From positions 1 to 46,395 of the forward strand of contig CAVFWS010000003.1 in NCBI GenBank assembly GCA_963626295.1: a stretch of 46,395 nucleotides of DNA. The letters run 5' to 3'. Below, in pieces: positions 40,538-46,395 of this stretch. The first letter of the stretch is position 1. Every line of letters starts with the position of its first letter. Position numbers and translations under genes: made by a program. This DNA is from Clostridium sp. CAG:138. Its GTDB lineage: Bacteria > Verrucomicrobiota > Kiritimatiellia > RFP12 > UBA1067. Below the pieces are notes generated by a model. The model saw nothing but the letters and a program-made list of their open reading frames with translations, was not told the origin of the DNA and made no database searches.

Positions 40538-41280
40538 TTGGCTCCTCCCGTCTTCAGCGCCTCGACGAAGGCGGACCAGGAGAGCGGAAGTTCCGTCGGA
40601 AGCCCGTAGCGGTTCTTCGCGATGCAGGCCGGGGAGCCGTTGGTGCGGAGCATCCGCTCACCGCCGTCGGCCCCCACGGGCGCGGCCTTGCCCGTCGTCG
40701 CATCGACGCGCATCCGGCGCGAGGCGAAGAGGACGGCATCGACCCACTCGCAGACGAGCGAGCACGCCTTCTTGTGAAGCCGGGGCGTGTAGCGGTCGTA
40801 GGCGGCGTGTTCCGGATCCTCGAAACGCTCCACGGCGGCGTGCGCGATGAGGATCACCGCCATCCCGCGCTTCGAGCGGATTTCATTGAGGATCGAGATC
40901 ATCTGCCGCCAGTAGGTGAGCGCGAGGACATAGCCCTTGCCGTACCCGCCGTCGGCCTTTTCAATGCTCTTCACACCGTAGTCGTTGCACACGCGATCCC
41001 AGATGAGACGCTCCGCCCAGTCGAGGGAGTCGATCACGACCGTGCCGTAGGAATGCTCCTCGTCGCGGACGGCCTTGAGCTGCAGGACGAGGTCGTCGAA
41101 GCTCGTGCAGAGCGGGAACTTGGACGTGTCGATTTCCGAAAGACCGTCCTCGGTCTGGATGAAGATCGGGTCGGGCGCAAGCGAGGCGAACGAGGATTTT
41201 CCCACGCCCTCGCTGCCGTAAATCATGATCCTCGGCGGCTGGGTTTCGCGGCCCTTGGTGACAGTGTTGATAAGCGACAT
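40534..41280 (-). CDS. Sak4-like / AAA_24 RecA-superfamily ATPase (recombination)
   Basis: Start at MSLINTV after GAAAGGAAAG. Walker A is YGSEGVGKSS, Walker B-like is VVIDSL, and the size is ~250 aa. Confidence 0.7.
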   Translation of the reverse strand: MSLINTVTKGRETQPPRIMIYGSEGVGKSSFASLAPDPIFIQTEDGLSEIDTSKFPLCTSFDDLVLQLKAVRDEEHSYGTVVIDSLDWAERLIWDRVCNDYGVKSIEKADGGYGKGYVLALTYWRQMISILNEIRSKRGMAVILIAHAAVERFEDPEHAAYDRYTPRLHKKACSLVCEWVDAVLFASRRMRVDATTGKAAPVGADGGERMLRTNGSPACIAKNRYGLPTELPLSWSAFVEALKTGGAK

Positions 41281-41315
41281 ATTCTTTCCTTTCTGTGTTT
41301 GCGTGAGTTGGAGGG

Positions 41316-42161
41316 TTAGCGGCTGAAGTCGAGGATGCGGATCTCCTCGTAGCCGGTCGGCCACGTGTTCTGGCAGCGGCATTCGCGGAGGAGCGACAGG
41401 GCGCGTTCGTTCTCGGCCTTGGCATCGTCGAGCGCATCGGTGGAGAGTTGCCACACGCCGACGCGATACGGGGCCTTCTTCTCGACCGCGATGATGTAGA
41501 CCGGGAATTCCTCACCGGAAACGATGCGCATCACCTCGCGGTAGAAGGCAAGCTGGTGGATGTACCCGTAGCGGCGGGCGTCCGACTCGAAGAAGTCGAT
41601 GGTCTCGCACGTCTTCAAGTCGATGATCGCGCCCTCGCGTCCCGTGAGCGGATTCTTGAAGTTCGGATTGAAGTAGTCGATCCGGATTTGCACGGGTTCG
41701 CCGTTGTAGGTCGTCCTGACCGTACCCTCGGCCCAGCCATCGGAGAGAAGCTCGCCCGCGACCGGGTGCAGCCAGACGGAACTCTGGAGCTTCGCCATGA
41801 AGCCGAAGTCGGTCGTGGAGATCGGCTCCAGCGTCTGCGCGGCGGCCCACTCCCGGTAGACCTTCGTGAGCTTCCCGAACGGCTCGCCCGTCTTGGGATT
41901 CACCGGCCCATCGGTCACGACGAACTCCTTGTCGAATGCGGCGCGGCCCTCGCACACGAGCGAATGGACGGCGCGGCCTGTCTTGTACGCGGCGGAGTCC
42001 TGCGGAGGAATCTCGCCCGTCATCTTCTGGTGGTAGGTGCGCGGACACTTTCGGAAGTCCCCGAGCAGATGGCTCGAGAGGAACTTGCCCTGCCTCGCAT
42101 CCTCGTGGTATTGTTCCGCGTCGATGTCGGCGAAGAACGGATAGTCGGCTCTTGTCTTCAT
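41316..42161 (-). CDS. PD-(D/E)XK nuclease (RecB/Cas4-like exonuclease)
   Basis: IIDLKTC and YIHQLAFY (QxxxY) blocks. Start at MKTRADY (AAGGAC RBS). The track's start is 42188. Confidence 0.65.
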   Translation of the reverse strand: MKTRADYPFFADIDAEQYHEDARQGKFLSSHLLGDFRKCPRTYHQKMTGEIPPQDSAAYKTGRAVHSLVCEGRAAFDKEFVVTDGPVNPKTGEPFGKLTKVYREWAAAQTLEPISTTDFGFMAKLQSSVWLHPVAGELLSDGWAEGTVRTTYNGEPVQIRIDYFNPNFKNPLTGREGAIIDLKTCETIDFFESDARRYGYIHQLAFYREVMRIVSGEEFPVYIIAVEKKAPYRVGVWQLSTDALDDAKAENERALSLLRECRCQNTWPTGYEEIRILDFSR

Positions 42162-42203
42162 GATTGTTAGTCCTTTTTGAGTTGTCATAGGAGGTTGCCC
42201 CCC

Positions 42204-42244
42204 GCGGCGTAGTTATTAGCCGCAGGGGGTCGAAGTGGTGCAGA
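42204..42244 (-). promoter_or_regulatory. conserved bipartite motif, copy D
   Basis: GCGGCGTAGTTATTAGCCG-N14-GGTGCAGA. The GGTGCAGA box abuts the sigma gene stop codon (42245), and the motif lies 43 nt upstream of the nuclease ATG. Confidence 0.55.
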
Positions 42245-42832
42245 TTATTTTTTGAAGTCGTGGATTTTCTGCAGACGCTTCGCGATTTTCGGCACGAGGC
42301 AGCGGATCACGCGCCAATGGGTGACACCCATCTTCTCCGCCGCACCGCGCAGGGTCTCGCCGTCCATCAGCAACTGGCAGAGCTGCATCGACAAGGGGTC
42401 GAGACCGCGCAGGGCTTCCGCCACGTCATTGTGCAGGTCGACATCGTCCACGCCGCCGTCACGTTCGTCGGGGACGGTGTCGATGCGCGATTCCTCGCAA
42501 TCCACCTCATCGTCGCCGCCGAAGCCGTCCTGGCAGACGGGTTCGTCGAGAACGCAGATGAAGCGCACGCGCTTTTCGCGGCGCTTGTTGCGCAGGAATT
42601 CCTTGGCGGCATTGTCCACGGCAGTGTGGAGGAACGTCTCGAGGGACGCCTTGGCTGCCTCATCGTAGGCATAACGCGCCTTGACGGCGGCCAGACTGAT
42701 GTGCTGCTTGAGATCGTCCTCGTCGGCGAAGGAGAACCCGACGTTGATGGACGTCTGACGGGTCTTCGTCTCGATGTACCTCATGGTGGTGGCAGGGATG
42801 AGCTCTGCGACACGATTGTTAGTGGTCTTCAT
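42245..42832 (-). CDS. phage-encoded sigma-70 family (ECF-like) sigma factor
   Basis: Region 2-like: DDLKQHISLAAVKARYAYD...ETFLHTAVDNAAKEFLRNKRREKR. Region 4-like: LDPLSMQLCQLLMDGETLRGAAEKMGVTHWRVIRCLVPKIAKRL. Confidence 0.7.
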   Translation of the reverse strand: MKTTNNRVAELIPATTMRYIETKTRQTSINVGFSFADEDDLKQHISLAAVKARYAYDEAAKASLETFLHTAVDNAAKEFLRNKRREKRVRFICVLDEPVCQDGFGGDDEVDCEESRIDTVPDERDGGVDDVDLHNDVAEALRGLDPLSMQLCQLLMDGETLRGAAEKMGVTHWRVIRCLVPKIAKRLQKIHDFKK

Positions 42833-43034
42833 GGTTCGTTGTTCCTTTTTGCGCCCCAGGCCGTTGCCGACCTGTGAGCTGTTTTTCGAGCATCGAACCG
42901 CCTCTGTCCGCCAGAGCCAGAAGACCGTTCCGACTCCTCAAGACCCAAACCACCCGGCTTGGTGGGGCGATTCGCCTCTTGCCGGGTTCGTCAATCTCGT
43001 TTGCGATCTTGATTCGCCCGACCACACACGGGCG

Positions 43035-43065
43035 AAGTTCCACACGAAGACCTTAAGTGGAACTT
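43035..43065. promoter_or_regulatory. palindromic operator-like site AAGTTCCAC-N13-GTGGAACTT (proximal)
   Basis: Perfect 9-bp inverted arms at 43035-43043 and 43057-43065, about 200 nt upstream of the sigma ATG. Confidence 0.55.
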
Positions 43066-43099
43066 GGAAAGTGCAACAGGACATTCAGGAAAAATGAAA

Positions 43100-43138
43100 A
43101 TGGCCGTTTCCGCGTCTTTTACACACGGAAACAGCCAT
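43100..43138 (-). other. 13-bp imperfect inverted repeat with a 13-nt spacer; T-rich tail on the minus strand (attenuator/terminator candidate)
   Basis: ATGGCCGTTTCCG ... CGGAAACAGCCAT with one mismatch. The minus strand continues TTTCATTTTTCC. Confidence 0.35.
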
Positions 43139-43172
43139 TATCTCGAATGGAAAAATCTGAAATTTATTTTGG

Positions 43173-43223
43173 AAGTTCCACTCGTTTTCCTTAAGTGGAA
43201 CTTTGACGCCTTAAATGGAACTT
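43173..43223. promoter_or_regulatory. palindromic operator-like site AAGTTCCAC-N13-GTGGAACTT (distal) plus an extra half-site ATGGAACTT
   Basis: Arms at 43173-43181 and 43195-43203, with the extra half-site at 43215-43223. The spacer length matches the proximal site. Confidence 0.55.
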
Positions 43224-43240
43224 TCGGGAATGGTGGAGAA

Positions 43241-43273
43241 ACAAAAAACGCAGCCGGTCAACCCGACTGCGTT
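43241..43273 (-). terminator. rho-independent terminator of the low-GC cassette
   Basis: AACGCAGCCGG / CCGACTGCGTT arms (one G-U pair) with a 5-nt loop, followed on the minus strand by TTTTTTGTTT. It lies 24 nt after the stop at 43297. Confidence 0.7.
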
Positions 43274-43296
43274 CTCATCTGATCTCGTATCCGAGC

Positions 43297-44331
43297 TTAC
43301 TTCGCGGATTTGTGTCTTGCCATTTCGGCCAAATACAATCGATAGAAATTGCCATAGAGGGTTTGCGCGTCCTGTCCAGCCGAAAACGGCTTCTCCTCAA
43401 CAATCTTCGCAAAGATGAAGAAGTAATCGTATACAGTGACGACGTTGAACCAGAACTGAGCACACGATTCATCATCGCCCCAATGCCACTTGGCGTTGAG
43501 ATATCGAATCATTGTGTTTTTGGGGATGTTCAATTCACGCCCAATCTCCGCAACATTCTTAGTCTCGCGGATGGCTTTCTCCCGTTCTTCCCATGTTGGA
43601 AGACTCATAATCGAGAAGAACCGATCCTTCAAATACTCCGCGATCTTCCGCTCGCGCGCCAATGTGTCGGCGCGCTTTCCTCGCTTCTTCGGAACAACGG
43701 ACTCGGAAAGACGATTCGTGAACTCGTCGAGGACAAACGAAACCGTACCATCATCCGCGAACCGCACTACTTGGTCGAAGGTGTAGATGCGCCGCCGGTA
43801 CTGATCATCGAATTGCGTCAAATCGCACTCAAGCGATCCGACAAGCAAAAGAAAATTCTGATTCTGAAGCAACTTGGGAAGGGATTCGAGATCTGCTTTG
43901 CCGCACCGCGTCATGATGACGATTTCACGTTCCTGCGTCTCGGCTATGTCGCTGTGTCCCAGCCGCCACACTTTGCCGTCGCCAATTTTCTCAACACCCT
44001 CGCACTCAAGACGCTCACAGACAATAGCCGCAAAGCGGTCGGGGTCGTAGACCAATGAAAAGACACGTTCAGCGTCGACATCGATTACCTCACCCGTCAG
44101 CTCGCAGGTGTACGCCCACTGCGGTTTCTCGGCGGTTTCATCACGAACATAAGGCGTCGGCATGAAGTCGCAATCATGACAATCATCGCAGTCTATCGTG
44201 TGAAGTCGTTCGCCCCAAATGAGAACGCCGGACAACACCAGAGGATTTTTCGATCCTCCGGGAAGAGTGCAGACCGTCCAATAGGGATTCTCGTTACGAA
44301 GCTGCTGCGTCAGTATTCGGGTCGTTTTCAT
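43297..44331 (-). CDS. hypothetical protein with a Cys/His/Asp cluster and a C-terminal HTH (cassette gene 3)
   Basis: 344 aa with HTIDCDDCHDCDF and NVAEIGRELNIPKNTMIRYL. Lower GC than the phage backbone. Overlaps the upstream gene by 38 nt. Confidence 0.6.
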   Translation of the reverse strand: MKTTRILTQQLRNENPYWTVCTLPGGSKNPLVLSGVLIWGERLHTIDCDDCHDCDFMPTPYVRDETAEKPQWAYTCELTGEVIDVDAERVFSLVYDPDRFAAIVCERLECEGVEKIGDGKVWRLGHSDIAETQEREIVIMTRCGKADLESLPKLLQNQNFLLLVGSLECDLTQFDDQYRRRIYTFDQVVRFADDGTVSFVLDEFTNRLSESVVPKKRGKRADTLARERKIAEYLKDRFFSIMSLPTWEEREKAIRETKNVAEIGRELNIPKNTMIRYLNAKWHWGDDESCAQFWFNVVTVYDYFFIFAKIVEEKPFSAGQDAQTLYGNFYRLYLAEMARHKSAK

Positions 44332-45502
44332 CGGGCGACTTTGTGATGCCGTACTTGCGCATGTATTCCTTGAATCCCTTTTGCACCTTCTTTGGCGCGG
44401 ACATCAATCCTCCGATGGATGTCTCGGAAATTCTGAATGTTCTCGGCACGTCGTTCTTCTTCGCCGAATCATAAGTGATGCGGATCGTCACGCGCTGGAC
44501 GGTCGTGGTATCACGATTGAGTAGATCGTCGCTCAACTCCTCCTTGATCGTCGCCTGCAGATCGCGCTCCGCCTCAAAATACGACCGGCGGCGCTTCTTG
44601 GTGTTGTCGAGAAGGATGTCCAGTCCAATTACGGTCGCCGTCTTGATGCCCGCATCAGGCAAGGGCGGCAATTTCGACTTGTTCTTGAACTGGCTGATGG
44701 TGTATCTGACTTCGTCAATGCGCTTGTAGCCGTCCGCACCGAAAATGGCATCGGCAAGCACGGACGAGAGTTCCCGGCATCCTCTTGGATTGCTTGTGTA
44801 GAGGATGCTCATCCGGTAGGTGTCGTAATCAAACGAGAGCACAACCTTGAATGCCTTCAAGTTGTCAGTCGGCTTGAAGTCCTGTGACTCTTCGCTCCAG
44901 AATTCGTCTGCCGACTTGTGGTCGGTCAGTTTGAAGACAATGTTCTCCTTGTCACCGACGGTATAGCACTCGCTCTTGCAATGCCGTCCGCGATATTCGC
45001 GGTGCGAGATCGACTTGACGATGGCTTTCTCGAGTTGGGTCTTTCGCTCTTCGATGAGACCGCGCTGCGGATCCTGCTCGAACTGGAGATCGAAGCTCTT
45101 CCATTCGCCGGGGTTGAAGTTGTTGATGAGCGCACGCCCACGAAGCCGCCCCCATTGAACCGGTTCGAGATTGAGCCAGCTCCAGGTCGCCATCTGAGCT
45201 GCATTCCATTCGTCGAATCCATCCGGCGTCTCCTTGCGCATCTCGTAGAGCGTGGAGAGGATTACGGGGATGTTCTTGTTCTCACGCCCCACCGGCGCAA
45301 TCTCCTCCAGCGTCAGACCAACCTCATCCTGGATCTCGTCCGGCAGTTTCGCCAACGCATCGCACAACGGCTTGATGTTGCGTTTGCTGGACTTCTTCCA
45401 TTCCTCGTCCAAACCCTCGATATGAAGCCGCTCGAACAATTGCTCGAGCAGTTTCTGGTCGATCCTTTTGACGATCTCGTTTACTTCATGATGTTCTGCC
45501 AT
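44294..45502 (-). CDS. hypothetical protein, no recognisable motifs (cassette gene 2)
   Basis: 402 aa with a GGAGAA RBS and lower GC. I could find no Walker or nuclease motifs. Confidence 0.6.
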   Translation of the reverse strand: MAEHHEVNEIVKRIDQKLLEQLFERLHIEGLDEEWKKSSKRNIKPLCDALAKLPDEIQDEVGLTLEEIAPVGRENKNIPVILSTLYEMRKETPDGFDEWNAAQMATWSWLNLEPVQWGRLRGRALINNFNPGEWKSFDLQFEQDPQRGLIEERKTQLEKAIVKSISHREYRGRHCKSECYTVGDKENIVFKLTDHKSADEFWSEESQDFKPTDNLKAFKVVLSFDYDTYRMSILYTSNPRGCRELSSVLADAIFGADGYKRIDEVRYTISQFKNKSKLPPLPDAGIKTATVIGLDILLDNTKKRRRSYFEAERDLQATIKEELSDDLLNRDTTTVQRVTIRITYDSAKKNDVPRTFRISETSIGGLMSAPKKVQKGFKEYMRKYGITKSPDENDPNTDAAAS

Positions 45503-45537
45503 AATTTAAGTTCTCCGTTTTACAGATTGAGTGCTAT

Positions 45538-46311
45538 CTACAATGGGTACGCACGATAATTCGCTATTCCTTTGCGCACGTTTCCCTTGCCGACAGTTGT
45601 ATTGTCGATACGCTTCTTCAAGAAGGTGCAAAGCTCGCCAAATCGAGATGAAGACACGGCGACAGCCTTCGTGCCAAACTGTTTCCTAATTGCCCGACTG
45701 AGATTGACGGCTACGACTTTTGGATTAAGCGAATAAGCACCTGCCAGTTGCTTGTATTGGTCGATCAGATAGAGGACATACGCCCTCTGCGCGGCATTGC
45801 GCTGGATTGCATCGTCGGGAATCGGATCGCGTTGCGGATGCATGAAAACATTGACCGTCTGCTGGGCGTTTCCGGTTGCCTCGTTGTGAACGGAATGGTT
45901 GTAGACGGTCTTCTTTACCGTTGTCTTTCTGACGACAGCATTGTCCATGTAAATCTTCGTCAGTCTGCCATCGATAGGATCAATGTCCAGACGACCAAGA
46001 GACTCATGATTACGCTTCATCTCGCGTAATCTTGCCACGGTGTATCCATTGCGTTTATCGTCGATCAACGTATGATGATCATGGCACAGCAATATGAGGT
46101 TGTCACAATCGTTCAGGTGCTCATCCGGCAAGTTTGGGTTGTGTCGTGCGGAACCCTTTGCAACGCCCTCGATGTGCGCTATCTCGCCCATGACGGTGTT
46201 CGTTGTCTCGTCCACGATCATGCGATTGCATCCATCAAATGCGCACATGTTTCGCGACTTTGCGAACAATGCCTTGATAGTACGTTCGGGTATGGGCTTC
46301 CGTCTTGCCAT
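45538..46311 (-). CDS. HNH endonuclease domain protein with an unknown C-terminal domain (cassette gene 1)
   Basis: CAFDGC...GEIAHIEG...NLPDEHLNDCDNLILLCHDHHTLID is a CxxC ... H ... N ... CxxHH HNH signature. Start at MARRKP (ATG 46311). The track's start at 46323 is TTG. Confidence 0.7.
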   Translation of the reverse strand: MARRKPIPERTIKALFAKSRNMCAFDGCNRMIVDETTNTVMGEIAHIEGVAKGSARHNPNLPDEHLNDCDNLILLCHDHHTLIDDKRNGYTVARLREMKRNHESLGRLDIDPIDGRLTKIYMDNAVVRKTTVKKTVYNHSVHNEATGNAQQTVNVFMHPQRDPIPDDAIQRNAAQRAYVLYLIDQYKQLAGAYSLNPKVVAVNLSRAIRKQFGTKAVAVSSSRFGELCTFLKKRIDNTTVGKGNVRKGIANYRAYPL

Positions 46312-46327
46312 CTGTCGCCTCAATTCT

Positions 46328-46395
46328 TCAAGAATTGGTTTCGCTCTTGCGCACCTCGGCGATCTCCATGCGGCGCGTCAGCTCGCCCTCGACCT
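46328..46395 (-). CDS. 3' end of an upstream high-GC ORF (partial)
   Basis: The reading frame ...VEGELTRRMEIAEVRKSETNS ends at TGA (46330-46328). Only 22 codons are visible. Confidence 0.35.
   Translation of the reverse strand, partial: VEGELTRRMEIAEVRKSETNS

Noticed and set aside
42960-43020. Possible tRNA-like T-arm (GGGTTCGTCAATC) and other tRNA genes in intergenic gaps
   Set aside because: No acceptor or anticodon arms can be built around it, and no GGTTCGAATCC-type T-loop was seen anywhere in the window.
43064-43282. 72-aa plus-strand ORF in the regulatory gap
   Set aside because: It has no RBS, it runs across the operator repeats and the terminator, and its composition is not protein-like.

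Overview
High-GC window that reads as a nearly complete siphovirus-type phage or prophage genome (very long tape measure, no sheath gene). All genes but one are on the minus strand, so transcription runs right to left. Order from right to left:

- 46395-43297: a partial high-GC ORF, then a lower-GC three-gene cassette (HNH nuclease plus two unknown proteins).
- 43296-42833: a lower-GC regulatory gap with palindromic operator-like repeats.
- 42832-34398: a phage sigma-70/ECF-like factor and the recombination/replication module (PD-(D/E)XK nuclease, Sak4-like ATPase, DUF669-like SSB, RusA, SF2 helicase, small membrane proteins, prim-pol/helicase).
- 34397-33459: a terminator and an origin-like AT-rich region.
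- 33458-30375: a methylation/SAM module (ParB-domain N6A/N4C methyltransferase, MetK-like SAM synthetase, two small ORFs), followed by one plus-strand HARE-HTH gene.
- 29932-21665: lambda-like packaging and head genes (small DNA-binding ORF, GpA-type large terminase, C5 methyltransferase, gpW-like, portal, protease-scaffold-capsid fusion, DUF2190-like).
- 21661-2745: connector, major tail, G/GT chaperone, a 1599-aa tape measure with about fifteen 37-aa repeats, and tail tip, fibre, beta-helix and LRR proteins.
- 2723-1587: a possible lysis block.
- 1477-1: a terminator, then a partial nrdD that the ORF track misses.

Most long plus-strand ORFs in the track are antisense open frames typical of high-GC DNA. 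Start codons were refined using two recurring features: a GAAAGGAA-type RBS and very frequent 4-nt ATGA/GTGA stop-start overlaps.

The observations I rate highest are:
- a strictly conserved 41-nt bipartite motif present four times at the heads of the transcription blocks, next to the phage sigma gene;
- the low-GC HNH cassette;
- an origin-like iteron and purine/pyrimidine-switch region;
- a stretch of the C5-methyltransferase gene where a second reading frame looks more coding than the open one.

No tRNA, rRNA, CRISPR array, integrase or transposase was recognised. All family assignments come from motif recall by eye, not from searches.
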